A DNA stretch of 32,000 nt from Vibrio cholerae ATCC 14035. GTDB lineage: Bacteria > Pseudomonadota > Gammaproteobacteria > Enterobacterales > Vibrionaceae. Made by a program: the position numbers and the translations under genes. The stretch is from assembly GCF_000621645.1 (NCBI RefSeq), contig NZ_JHXR01000017.1, positions 60,001-92,000 on the forward strand, given 5' to 3'. Below the pieces are notes generated by a model. It was given only the letters and a program-made list of their open reading frames with translations. It did not search any database and was not told the DNA's origin. Below, in pieces: positions 11,231 to 19,517 of the stretch. How positions within the stretch are numbered: position 1 is the stretch's first letter; every line of letters begins with the position of its first letter.

Positions 11231-11260
11231 CAGGCAAAAGAGCAATTAGAGTGGGGCGGT

Positions 11261-11292
11261 TTTCGATAGATAAAACTTTCGACAGATAAAAC
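11261..11292. repeat. Tandem 16-bp repeat x2
   Basis: tttcgaTagataaaac followed by tttcgaCagataaaac, 15/16 identical. Confidence 0.9.
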
Positions 11293-11316
11293 AAAACCCA
11301 GTCATAGACTGGGTTT
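11287..11316 (-). terminator. Terminator of tRNA operon 1
   Basis: aaacccagtc-ata-gactgggttt. The minus strand is followed by tgtttt. Near-identical hairpin at 14060-14089. Confidence 0.75.
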
Positions 11317-11323
11317 CTAAAAG

Positions 11324-11399
11324 TGGCTCCTCCTGCTGGACTTGAACCAGCGACCTGCGGATTAACAGTCCGTCGCTCTACCGACTGAGCTAAGGAGGA
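11324..11399 (-). tRNA. tRNA-Asn (GUU)
   Basis: 76 nt, TCCTCCTTAGCTCAGTCGGTAGAGC..ACTGTTAAT..GGTTCAAGTCC..AGGAGGAGCCA; cloverleaf read by eye; encoded CCA. Confidence 0.93.
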
Positions 11400-11413
11400 A
11401 TTATTCTTTTTAA

Positions 11414-11489
<76 letters not shown>

Positions 11490-11517
11490 AAATCTACTTG
11501 CAAGGCAAGTGAGAAAT

Positions 11518-11592
11518 TGGCTCCTCTGCTGGACTTGAACCAGCGACCTGCGGATTAACAGTCCGTCGCTCTACCGACTGAGCTAAGGAGGA
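11518..11592 (-). tRNA. tRNA-Asn (GUU) copy with a 1-nt deletion in the 3' acceptor strand (possible pseudo-tRNA or assembly error)
   Basis: 75 nt. The 3' end reads ..CCAGCAGAGGAGCCA, versus ..CCAGCAGGAGGAGCCA in the copies at 11324 and 14097. The 5' strand TCCTCCT is unchanged. Confidence 0.7.
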
Positions 11593-11606
11593 ATTATTCT
11601 TTTTAA

Positions 11607-11682
<76 letters not shown>

Positions 11683-11723
11683 ACATTTGTTATTGTTCGT
11701 GCAAGCACCAACAATCAAAATTG

Positions 11724-11799
11724 TGGTGCCCGGAGGCGGAATCGAACCACCGACACGAGGATTTTCAATCCTCTGCTCTACCGACTGAGCTATCCGGGC
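11724..11799 (-). tRNA. tRNA-Phe (GAA)
   Basis: 76 nt, GCCCGGATAGCTCAGTCGGTAGAGC..ATTGAAAAT..GGTTCGATTCC..CCGGGCACCA. Confidence 0.93.
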
Positions 11800-11809
11800 G
11801 ACGGGGTGT

Positions 11810-11838
11810 ATTAAAAGGTTTTTCGTGGTAGTCGTCAA
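11810..11838 (-). promoter_or_regulatory. Promoter of tRNA operon 1
   Basis: The minus strand reads TTGACG-N17-TTTAAT followed by the GC-rich discriminator acaccccg. A/T-rich upstream region. Same architecture at 14507-14535. Confidence 0.6.
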
Positions 11839-12026
11839 CATGAAAATCTAAAAAAAATATCGTTTGTTGTTTTTCTATACTTAATGGCCTGTTTTTGTCC
11901 ATTTCGTTTACCAAAATATCGCTAAATGAACCACAAGACCCACATGCTCAGTGAAATAGAGAGTTTTAAGCGTAGCCAGAAAATCACAAAGTACGTAAAA
12001 ATACCTGCTTGATAAATATTTTCAGT

Positions 12027-12151
12027 TATACCCTTCCTACTTGAAGCTGCAGCCGTGTTGGTTAAGTGTATTCATCCCAATCATAGAGTAGGTAGGCTCA
12101 TGGGATGAATGCACTGGCTGACGACAGGCAACGTCAAGAAGTTTGGGTATC
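12027..12151 (+). repeat. ERIC/IRU-like palindromic repeat (diverged full copy)
   Basis: tatacccttcctacttgaagctgcagc..ttcatcccaatcat..gctcatgggatgaa..gtttgggtatc. Lies downstream of the MCP gene. Confidence 0.85.
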
Positions 12152-12170
12152 ATAACGACGGGTAACCCAT

Positions 12171-12204
12171 CAGTTCAGTGAAACGTTTTGCGCTCACTGA
12201 ACTG
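12171..12204 (-). terminator. Hairpin immediately downstream of the MCP gene
   Basis: Perfect 11-bp stem cagttcagtga / tcactgaactg with a 12-nt loop. No clear U-tract. Confidence 0.5.
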
Positions 12205-12213
12205 AAAGTATGC

Positions 12214-13839
12214 TTAACGAGTGACCTCAAAATGCGCAGCCCACTGTTCTAACTCGCGGGCGAGTTTGGTGAGAGTTTGCGTACTATTGTGGCTCTCCAT
12301 CACCACTCGGCTCAGTTTTGAGCCACTTTCTTCAATCATATTGATTCGGCGCGCAATATCATCGCTGACTTGGGTTTGCTCAGCGGCCGCCGTGGCTATT
12401 TGATGGCTCATCGAAGAGACGCTTTCGAGTGCGCTGACAATCAATGCCAGCGCAGAAGCGGCATTTTCTGACTCTTGCACACTGCTTTGACTGGTTTGCC
12501 CACAAATCTGGATGGTTTGAATCGCATTACGCGACCCTTCCTGCAAATTGTGGATCATCTGCTGGATCTCTTTGGTACTGGTTTGCGTGCGGCCCGCTAA
12601 GTTACGCACTTCATCAGCCACGACGGCAAAACCGCGCCCTTGCTCGCCAGCGCGTGCTGCTTCAATCGCGGCATTCAGCGCCAGTAAATTGGTTTGCTCT
12701 GCAATATCACCAATCACATCCAGTACTTTAGCGATGTTTTTGACATCCAGATCCAGATCGGCAACCGCGGTGCTCGCAGTTTGTAATTGGGTCGCCAAGC
12801 CTTGAATATTGCTTACCGTGTTGTGGATGAGCTTTTGCGTATGCTGGCTTTGCTGATCCGCTTGATCGGTGTTGAATGCGGTATCACGCGCAGAATCGGC
12901 GACTTGGTTCGCTGAAGAGGCCATTTCGGTCATTGCAGTGGCAATCATGGCGGTAGATTGCTGCTGGCTATCCGTTAATTCGGCAATGCTTTTGGCACGA
13001 GTACCTGCGCCGGCTAATTCAGAGCGTAAAGCAACCATGGATTGCTCAAGCTTAGCCACCAAGTCTGCAAGTGAGCTGTTCATCTGCTGCACTGCACCAT
13101 AAATACTCTCTTTAGGGGCTTTTATCACAAATTCACGACGAATGCGGCCTTGTGCCACCGCTTGTACTGCGCTGCGTACCTCATTTGGTTCACCGCCGAT
13201 AATCAGCAGTATTTTACGAATCGCGACCAGTAGCAGAGATAAAATCGCAACGGCGATCACCACACATAAGCTTAGTTGCCATTGCGCGGTAGACCAAAAA
13301 CGCTCATTCACTTCGTTAAAACCAATACCCGTGCCGACAACCCAGCCCCAGTGTGGCGTTTTGCGCGCGATGGAGAGCTTTTCTTCAATCGAGCCATCTG
13401 CTTGCTTTTGTGTCCACGTATATTCCACCAACTTGCCGGATTGATGACGCAGCACATCTTGAATTAAGCGGCCAACACTATTGCCTTTACCATCTTTAAA
13501 ATCGTGAAAACTGGTGTCATGCAGTTGTGGGTCGAGCGGCGTCGCCACGAAAGTCATATTTTCATCTGCCACATACACATATTCATTATCTTTGTAGAGA
13601 TTGTTGCGCATTAGGCGGGTGGCGAGCGCTTTGGCTTCTGGCTCCGACATTTTGCCTTCTTGAGCCAGCTTCTCTACCTCAGTCAAAATACTGTAGGCAC
13701 TATTAAACAGCTCGGTTACACGCGCTTTGTTATCGAGATTGCTGGCCACACGTAACGTCCACAGTCCGGTCGCGGTTAGCGCGAGAAGAGCGGCGAGAAT
13801 GATGGCAGATAATAAATAAGCTTGGGTTTTTAATTTCAT
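12214..13839 (-). CDS. Methyl-accepting chemotaxis protein with a single periplasmic Cache-like sensor
   Basis: TM1, a ~160-aa periplasmic domain (..[22 protein letters not shown]..), TM2, HAMP, and a conserved signalling hairpin ..[35 protein letters not shown].. Confidence 0.95.
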   Translation of the reverse strand: MKLKTQAYLLSAIILAALLALTATGLWTLRVASNLDNKARVTELFNSAYSILTEVEKLAQEGKMSEPEAKALATRLMRNNLYKDNEYVYVADENMTFVATPLDPQLHDTSFHDFKDGKGNSVGRLIQDVLRHQSGKLVEYTWTQKQADGSIEEKLSIARKTPHWGWVVGTGIGFNEVNERFWSTAQWQLSLCVVIAVAILSLLLVAIRKILLIIGGEPNEVRSAVQAVAQGRIRREFVIKAPKESIYGAVQQMNSSLADLVAKLEQSMVALRSELAGAGTRAKSIAELTDSQQQSTAMIATAMTEMASSANQVADSARDTAFNTDQADQQSQHTQKLIHNTVSNIQGLATQLQTASTAVADLDLDVKNIAKVLDVIGDIAEQTNLLALNAAIEAARAGEQGRGFAVVADEVRNLAGRTQTSTKEIQQMIHNLQEGSRNAIQTIQICGQTSQSSVQESENAASALALIVSALESVSSMSHQIATAAAEQTQVSDDIARRINMIEESGSKLSRVVMESHNSTQTLTKLARELEQWAAHFEVTR

Positions 13840-13870
13840 AGTTTGAACCCTATGGGGAAGGTGTAAGCAG

Positions 13871-13899
13871 ATTAAATTTTTGTGGCGGTTTGATGTCGG
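13871..13899 (-). promoter_or_regulatory. Candidate sigma-70 promoter for the MCP gene
   Basis: The minus strand reads ccGACA-N17-TTTAAT, about 30 nt upstream of the ATG. Confidence 0.3.
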
Positions 13900-14059
13900 C
13901 GAGATAGTAATGAGCTTGCTTATTTATTGATACGAAGTAAGTGTGAAAGTATGAGTTGGATTAAATTTTTGCCTCGAAATAAAAAAGAAGAAGTGAGAAC
14001 GATGAGTTAAGTGAGAAGCGGGATGTTTGGGAAGTGAGAAGCGAAATCCCAAATGCAGA

Positions 14060-14089
14060 TAAAGAAAAACCCAGTCAAGGACTGGGTTT
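14060..14089 (-). terminator. Terminator of tRNA operon 2
   Basis: aaacccagtc-aag-gactgggttt. The minus strand is followed by tttcttt. Confidence 0.75.
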
Positions 14090-14096
14090 CTAAAAG

Positions 14097-14172
14097 TGGC
14101 TCCTCCTGCTGGGCTCGAACCAGCGACCTGCGGATTAACAGTCCGTCGCTCTACCGACTGAGCTAAGGAGGA
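14097..14172 (-). tRNA. tRNA-Asn (GUU)
   Basis: 76 nt with an intact acceptor stem. The T-arm differs from the 11324 copy (GGTTCGAGCCC). Confidence 0.93.
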
Positions 14173-14209
14173 ACAATTTTTATTGTGTCTATGGCACAAC
14201 TTTTAATAG

Positions 14210-14285
14210 TGGTGCCTCGAGGCGGAATCGAACCACCGACACGAGGATTTTCAATCCTCTGCTCTACCGACTGAGCTATCGAGGC
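14210..14285 (-). tRNA. tRNA-Phe (GAA)
   Basis: 76 nt, GCCTCGATAGCTCAG..ATTGAAAAT..CGAGGCACCA. A compensated acceptor-stem variant of the other Phe copies. Confidence 0.93.
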
Positions 14286-14295
14286 AAATTTTAAG

Positions 14296-14371
<76 letters not shown>

Positions 14372-14419
14372 ACACGTAACCTTTGCTGTTTGTGTCTTAC
14401 ACCAACAATCTAAAATTCG

Positions 14420-14495
14420 TGGTGCCCGGAGGCGGAATCGAACCACCGACACGAGGATTTTCAATCCTCTGCTCTACCGACTGAGCTATCCGGGC
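14420..14495 (-). tRNA. tRNA-Phe (GAA)
   Basis: Identical in sequence to the copy at 11724-11799. Confidence 0.93.
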
Positions 14496-14506
14496 AACGG
14501 AGCGCT

Positions 14507-14535
14507 ATTAAACGGATTTTCCCTTTCCCCGTCAA
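14507..14535 (-). promoter_or_regulatory. Promoter of tRNA operon 2
   Basis: The minus strand reads TTGACG-N17-TTTAAT followed by the discriminator agcgctcc. An A/T-rich UP-like tract aaatatttcaaaaaaca lies upstream. Confidence 0.6.
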
Positions 14536-14604
14536 CCTGTTTTTTGAAATATTTCGAAAAATCAGTTTGATTGCCGTTATTTTCAGCAAACGGCGGGCTT
14601 TTTG

Positions 14605-15732
14605 TTATCCCGCGTTAAATTCCTTCTTAAATTTGGTCACTTTTTCCAGATAACGACGCGCTTCCGCATTCGGATGTTTTTTGGTTAACGCCCAATACAC
14701 TTGGTTAGGTTGCAGGGCATTAAGGTCACGCATGGCGCGTTGACGATCACTGCTAAAGGTACTCAACACTCCGCCAGTGCCGCCGTTATAGGCAGAAATC
14801 ATGCTGTATTCGAGAGATGTGGGGTGGCGAACCTCTTTCAAATAGCGATTTTTCAGGATGTAAAAATAGGCCGTACCCGTATCAATGTTGTTTTCTGGGT
14901 TAAACAGATACTCGGGGCTGGGTTCGCCAGAGCGGTTTTTGACTAGCTTGAACACATCCCGTCCTGCGGTTTTAGGCACCACTTGCATTAAGCCATAAGC
15001 GTTGGCCCAACTCACCGCATAGGGGTTGAAACTGCTTTCGGTTTTGATGATCGCGTAGATCAGATCTTCCGGGATATCGTATTTGAGAGAGGCCTTACGC
15101 ACGATATTGGCGTATTTGTAGCCACGGATGTCGATTTGATCTTTGACCATGGGGATTTCGACGTAATAGGCTTTTTTGAAATCGACTTGCTTCACTTTCA
15201 AATGGTTAGCGATGAGGTAATCGGCGTAACGGTTAGCGCGCCATGACCACTGGATCGGCTGACCATCTTGATCGAGTACCTGCTGATACAAAAAGGGTTG
15301 GCCTTTGAGTTCAATGTCTTTTGAGGAGAAAAGATCGACGTGCGCGGGATCATCGGGAGTCAGTAAGGTCGTGATGATCGCATTGCGTAAATGGGCTTTA
15401 GGATCGATAGGTGAAACGGTTTCTACTATGATTCGACCTTCGGTGAAGTTGACTTCAGAGCGGCTAAGGTAGTTGTCTATGTATTTGACATAGTTATTTT
15501 TTCCAGCGATTTTTAGCTCGCGGCGTCCCCAGCGTTTTTCGATATTGCCGGAAAAGCTGTTGATCAATGCATCCAGTGCGGCGGTGTCTTTCTGAAACTG
15601 TCCGGGTAATTCGGCTAAGTTCTTGGCGAAACGGTTAGTGGGTTCGTAATCAACATCGTAAATTTTCTCGATAAATTCACGACTACAGCCACTCAATAAT
15701 AGAGCGGTGATACATAACACTAACTTTCTCAT
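14605..15732 (-). CDS. mltC: Membrane-bound lytic murein transglycosylase C (lipoprotein)
   Basis: MRKLVLCITALLLSGC lipobox and SLT domain ..IIKTESSFNPYAVS..GLMQV..AYNGG. ATG at 15732 is preceded by aggagg; the track start at 15795 is probably an over-extension. Confidence 0.92.
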   Translation of the reverse strand: MRKLVLCITALLLSGCSREFIEKIYDVDYEPTNRFAKNLAELPGQFQKDTAALDALINSFSGNIEKRWGRRELKIAGKNNYVKYIDNYLSRSEVNFTEGRIIVETVSPIDPKAHLRNAIITTLLTPDDPAHVDLFSSKDIELKGQPFLYQQVLDQDGQPIQWSWRANRYADYLIANHLKVKQVDFKKAYYVEIPMVKDQIDIRGYKYANIVRKASLKYDIPEDLIYAIIKTESSFNPYAVSWANAYGLMQVVPKTAGRDVFKLVKNRSGEPSPEYLFNPENNIDTGTAYFYILKNRYLKEVRHPTSLEYSMISAYNGGTGGVLSTFSSDRQRAMRDLNALQPNQVYWALTKKHPNAEARRYLEKVTKFKKEFNAG

Positions 15733-15769
15733 GCGCCTCCTAAAGCGAGCTTTCGCTACTCCTGATACG

Positions 15770-15806
15770 AAAATGACATCATAACCCAGCGGCATGATGT
15801 CATTTT
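15770..15806. terminator. Hairpin between yggX and mltC
   Basis: 13-bp perfect stem aaaatgacatcat / atgatgtcatttt with an 11-nt loop, flanked by A and T runs. Confidence 0.6.
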
Positions 15807-15833
15807 TTGCAAGCAGATGAAATCCGAAATTTC

Positions 15834-16106
15834 CTACTTTGCAGGCGGTGTATAACCTTCGATATGGACTTCTTTACCTTCAAACAGGAAGTTCACCATC
15901 TCTTGCTCCAGCAACTTGCGGTGTTCAGGATCCATCATGTTGAGCTTTTTCTCATTGATCAGCATGGTCTGTTTGGTCTGCCATTGTGCCCAAGCTTCTT
16001 TGCAGATGTTGTCGAAAATGCGTTTGCCCAGTTCGCCGGGATAGAGTTGGAAATCCAAGCCATCGGCTTCTTTCTGCAATCGGGTACAAAATACGGTGCG
16101 AGCCAT
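15834..16106 (-). CDS. yggX: Fe(2+)-trafficking / oxidative-damage protection protein YggX
   Basis: 90 aa, [29 protein letters not shown]..; conserved position downstream of mutY. Confidence 0.92.
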   Translation of the reverse strand: MARTVFCTRLQKEADGLDFQLYPGELGKRIFDNICKEAWAQWQTKQTMLINEKKLNMMDPEHRKLLEQEMVNFLFEGKEVHIEGYTPPAK

Positions 16107-16119
16107 TCACTCTTCCTCT

Positions 16120-17256
16120 TTAAATGTGGCTATCAATGTCGAAAGGTAAGCTGTGCAACAGTTGTTTCACTGGTGCCGCGAGACCAATCTCATCGGGTTG
16201 ACTTAAGTTATACCAAAGACCTTTGCTCCCTTCCATGACGATGTCCGGTTTGCGGCTTAATTGCAGCAAAATCGGCGTAATATCGAGATGGTAGTGGCTA
16301 AAGGTGTGGCGAAATGCGATCAGGGTTTTCTGCGATGTTATTGTGCTATCGCCGATGGCGCGCTGATCTATGGTGGTTTGAATATTGGCGATCTCTGATT
16401 GCGGGAAGCAGTACAAACCGCCCCAAATTCCGCTTTGCGGGCGCTGCTCAAGCCAGACGGCATTGTCGTGATAGAGCATGACAAACCAAGTGGCTTTGAC
16501 GGGTTTATCTGTTTTCGGTTTCTTGCCCGGATACTCTTGGGGATTGCCTTGCTGCTTGGCAAGGCAAAACGATTCTACTGGGCACAGGCTGCATTTGGGC
16601 TTACTGCGAATGCAGATCATTGCGCCCATATCCATCATGGCTTGGTTGTATTTATCAACATCCACTTTGGGCGTGTGCATTTCTGCATAATGCCAAAGCT
16701 GGTTTTCGACACTTTTTTGCCCCGGCCAACCTTCAACGGCAAAGCAGCGCGCTAACGTGCGTTTCACGTTGCCATCCAAAATGGCGTGTGGTTTTTTATA
16801 CACAGAAGAGAGCACGGCTGCCGCGGTGGAACGGCCAACACCGGGTAGCGCATTCATCTGCTCTAAATCGGTGGGAAATTCGCCGCTATATTCACTCACA
16901 ACCATTTTCGCTGCTTTATGCAGATTGCGCGCTCTGGCGTAGTAGCCAAGCCCCGTCCAGAAATGCAGCACTTCATCTTGCGGCGCTGCCGCGAGGGCGT
17001 GTACGGTCGGGAAGCGCTCTAAAAAGCGTTCAAAGTAGGGGATCACGGTCGCGACTTGAGTCTGCTGTAACATGATTTCCGATAACCAAACGCGATACGC
17101 ATTTTTATTTTGTTGCCACGGCAGGTTTTTGCGGCCGTAGGCGTCATACCAAGTAAGGATGGCCTGTGCAAAAGGAGTCACGACTTGCTCATTATTATTG
17201 TCTAAACTAGTGGAGCAAAATTGCACCACAGATTGGTGGTGAAGTAAAACCGACAA
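16120..17256 (-). CDS. mutY: A/G-specific adenine DNA glycosylase MutY
   Basis: ..[28 protein letters not shown].. HhH-GPD domain, a 4Fe-4S Cys cluster C.....C..C....C, and a NUDIX-like C-terminal domain. The 5' end is uncertain: the longest ORF starts with TTG at 17256, while the alignment with E. coli suggests GTG near 17181. Confidence 0.9.
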   Translation of the reverse strand: MSVLLHHQSVVQFCSTSLDNNNEQVVTPFAQAILTWYDAYGRKNLPWQQNKNAYRVWLSEIMLQQTQVATVIPYFERFLERFPTVHALAAAPQDEVLHFWTGLGYYARARNLHKAAKMVVSEYSGEFPTDLEQMNALPGVGRSTAAAVLSSVYKKPHAILDGNVKRTLARCFAVEGWPGQKSVENQLWHYAEMHTPKVDVDKYNQAMMDMGAMICIRSKPKCSLCPVESFCLAKQQGNPQEYPGKKPKTDKPVKATWFVMLYHDNAVWLEQRPQSGIWGGLYCFPQSEIANIQTTIDQRAIGDSTITSQKTLIAFRHTFSHYHLDITPILLQLSRKPDIVMEGSKGLWYNLSQPDEIGLAAPVKQLLHSLPFDIDSHI

Positions 17257-17357
17257 ACATTGGGGATATTCTCCTCATTCCTGTTCGAAGCTGTGGAGGT
17301 GTTGGCGGCAGCGGCAAAGAGTTTGAGGGCAGGATAGTGAACGGTCAGTAATAACAC

Positions 17358-17385
17358 TTGCACCGTTGACGATTCTTTGGATAAT
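17358..17385 (+). promoter_or_regulatory. Candidate sigma-70 promoter for trmB
   Basis: TTGCAC-N16-GATAAT, 36 nt upstream of the ATG at 17421. Confidence 0.3.
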
Positions 17386-17420
17386 TCCCGCTCTGATTTA
17401 GTAATGTGCAGGCAATAGAA

Positions 17421-18140
17421 ATGAGCGAAGTCATCACCCAGGAATATACCGAAGATGGCAAAGTGCTGCGTCGTATTCGTAGCTTTGTTCGTCGTGAAGG
17501 TCGTTTGACCAAAGGCCAGGAAGCCGCAATGAAAGAGTGCTGGCCAACCATGGGGATTGATTACCAGCCAGAGCTGTTGGATTGGCAACAGGTGTTTGGT
17601 AACGACAATCCGGTTGTGCTGGAGATTGGTTTTGGTATGGGCGCGTCCTTGGTCGAAATGGCGAAAAACGCACCTGAGAAAAACTTCCTCGGCATTGAAG
17701 TACACAGCCCAGGTGTCGGTGCTTGTTTGGCTTCGGCGCGTGAAGCGGGTGTCACTAACTTGCGTGTGATGTGCCATGACGCGGTGGAAGTGTTTGCACA
17801 CATGATCCCAGATAACAGCCTGCACACTTTGCAATTGTTCTTCCCAGATCCTTGGCACAAGAAGCGTCACCACAAGCGCCGTATCGTGCAGCTTGAATTT
17901 GCTGAAATGGTACGCCAAAAGCTCATCATCGGCAGCGGTGTATTCCATATGGCAACTGACTGGGAAAACTACGCAGAACACATGGTTGAAGTGATGAATC
18001 AAGCACCCGGTTTTGCTAACTTGGCAACCGATGGCGATTACATCCCGCGCCCTGATGAGCGCCCGCTGACTAAGTTTGAGCAGCGTGGTCACCGTTTAGG
18101 TCACGGAGTGTGGGATATTAAGTACCAACGCACTGCTTAA
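17421..18140 (+). CDS. trmB: tRNA (guanine46-N7)-methyltransferase
   Basis: ..[41 protein letters not shown].. is colinear with E. coli TrmB (239 aa). Confidence 0.93.
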   Translation: MSEVITQEYTEDGKVLRRIRSFVRREGRLTKGQEAAMKECWPTMGIDYQPELLDWQQVFGNDNPVVLEIGFGMGASLVEMAKNAPEKNFLGIEVHSPGVGACLASAREAGVTNLRVMCHDAVEVFAHMIPDNSLHTLQLFFPDPWHKKRHHKRRIVQLEFAEMVRQKLIIGSGVFHMATDWENYAEHMVEVMNQAPGFANLATDGDYIPRPDERPLTKFEQRGHRLGHGVWDIKYQRTA

Positions 18141-18141
18141 A

Positions 18142-18269
18142 TATCCCCTTCCTATTTGAAGCTGCAGCGGTGTTGGCTATGTTCATTCACCCCAATCACA
18201 TAGTCTGTCTATGCTCATGGGGATGAACTCACTTGCCGCCTAGCTGCAACTCCAAGTAGTTTGGGTATA
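18142..18269 (+). repeat. ERIC/IRU-like palindromic repeat, canonical 128-bp copy
   Basis: Starts 2 nt after the trmB stop and ends 13 nt before the trmB terminator. Core ttcaccccaatcac..gctcatggggatgaac. Confidence 0.9.
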
Positions 18270-18282
18270 GAGAATTTTGCTT

Positions 18283-18309
18283 AAGCCAACATTTGATGTT
18301 GGCTTTTTT
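18283..18309 (+). terminator. Rho-independent terminator of trmB
   Basis: aagccaacat-ttg-atgttggctt followed by tttt. Confidence 0.85.
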
Positions 18310-18376
18310 GACCCTAATCCTCGAGCTATTGAACAGCTGAAGTAGCTTGAGACAAACTAATAATAAAGAGTCAACC

Positions 18377-19297
18377 ATGAAGCCAACAGCAGAGATTTTA
18401 GCCAGCATTATTGAAGAAGTTCGCCCGCTCACTGGGCAGGGTAAAGTCGCCGATTACATTCCCGCACTCGCCAAAGTACCAAGTGAAAAGTTGGGCATCG
18501 CCGTATTCACCAACCAAGGGGAAGTGATCTCGGCCGGTGATGCGCAGGAAGGGTTTTCGATTCAGTCGATCTCCAAAGTGCTGAGCTTGACGCTCGCGAT
18601 GGGCTTATATCAGCCAAATGAACTGTGGAGCCGCGTGGGTAAAGAGCCTTCGGGGCAAGCATTTAACTCATTGATTCAGCTTGAGATGGAGCATGGAATT
18701 CCGCGTAATCCATTTATCAATGCCGGCGCGATTGTGGTGTGCGACATGCTGCAAAGTCGCCTCTCTGCACCTCGTCAGCGTCTGTTGGAGTTTGTACGCC
18801 AACTCAGCGGTGAGCCGCTCATTGCTTATGACAAAGTCGTGGCAGCATCGGAGATGATGCACAGTGATCGCAACGCGGCGATTGCCTATTTGATGCGTTC
18901 TTTTGGCAATTTCCACAATGAGGTTATTCCGGTACTGCACAACTATTTTCACGCCTGCGCATTGAAAATGAGCTGTGTTGAGCTGGCGAAAACCTTCAGC
19001 TATCTTGCCAACAAAGGTGTTTCTGTGGTGACGGGGGAAACGGTGATCACCCCAACCCAAAGCAAACAAACCAATGCCTTACTCGCCACGTGCGGCTTGT
19101 ATGATGGGGCAGGAGAATTTGCCTATCGAGTTGGTATGCCCGGAAAATCAGGTGTTGGCGGTGGGATTATTGCTGTGGTGCCGGGAGAAATGACGATTGC
19201 AGTGTGGTCCCCCGCGCTGGATCAATCGGGTAACTCGCTCGCGGGGACTCGCGCGTTAGAGTTACTCGCGCAGCGGATTGGTCGCTCAATTTTCTAA
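18377..19297 (+). CDS. glsA: Glutaminase A
   Basis: [28 protein letters not shown].. serine beta-lactamase-like glutaminase signature. 306 aa from the ATG at 18377. Confidence 0.93.
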   Translation: MKPTAEILASIIEEVRPLTGQGKVADYIPALAKVPSEKLGIAVFTNQGEVISAGDAQEGFSIQSISKVLSLTLAMGLYQPNELWSRVGKEPSGQAFNSLIQLEMEHGIPRNPFINAGAIVVCDMLQSRLSAPRQRLLEFVRQLSGEPLIAYDKVVAASEMMHSDRNAAIAYLMRSFGNFHNEVIPVLHNYFHACALKMSCVELAKTFSYLANKGVSVVTGETVITPTQSKQTNALLATCGLYDGAGEFAYRVGMPGKSGVGGGIIAVVPGEMTIAVWSPALDQSGNSLAGTRALELLAQRIGRSIF

Positions 19298-19299
19298 GC

Positions 19300-19482
19300 T
19301 ATCCCCTTTCTACTTGAAGCTGCAGCGGTGTTGGCAGCATTCGCTCACCCCAATCACATAGTGGATCTATGCTCATGGGGATTATGAGAGCCATCCTTAG
19401 CTCTCACCAAAGGCAAGCCGATGGCTGTGCAAATTTGTCACTCGTTTGCCGCCTGCCTGCAACTGCAAGTCGTTTGGGTATA
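19300..19482 (+). repeat. ERIC/IRU-like repeat, long form (183 bp) with an extra ~55-bp internal module
   Basis: Arms as in the other copies. The core cgctcaccccaatcac (19342-19357) matches the reverse complement of the ERIC2 primer 3' end at 15/16. The extra segment ..gagagccatcc..gatggctgtgcaaatttgtcactcgtttgccgcc lies between the core and the right arm. Confidence 0.88.
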
Positions 19483-19495
19483 AAAGATAAAAATA

Positions 19496-19515
19496 AAGAG
19501 GCGCACGCGCCTCTT
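19496..19515. terminator. Bidirectional terminator between glsA and hemW
   Basis: aagaggcg-cacg-cgcctctt, with A-rich sequence 5' and T-rich sequence 3'. Confidence 0.7.
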
Positions 19516-19517
19516 GG

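Noticed and set aside
13893-13930. Sigma-28 (FliA) promoter for the MCP gene, via GCCGACAT on the minus strand
   Set aside because: The -10 matches GCCGATAA at only 6/8. The nearest TAAAG-like -35 (taagc) is about 3 nt out of register.
11800-14096. The MCP segment as a tRNA-targeted integrative island
   Set aside because: There is no integrase or excisionase. There is no att-like short direct repeat distinct from the operon paralogy. The cargo is a single ordinary chemoreceptor gene. Segmental duplication is the simpler explanation.
13924-14199. 91-aa ORF
   Set aside because: It runs through tRNA-Asn, its terminator and the repeat-rich MCP upstream region, so it is not coding.
17202-18092. 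296-aa minus-strand ORF
   Set aside because: It is exactly codon-antisense to trmB, which has unambiguous homology. Such ORFs persist whenever the sense gene avoids TTA, CTA and TCA codons. This ORF is bounded by the first TTA codon of trmB (18096-18098). Its His/Cys/Thr/Phe-rich sequence has no recognisable motif or RBS.
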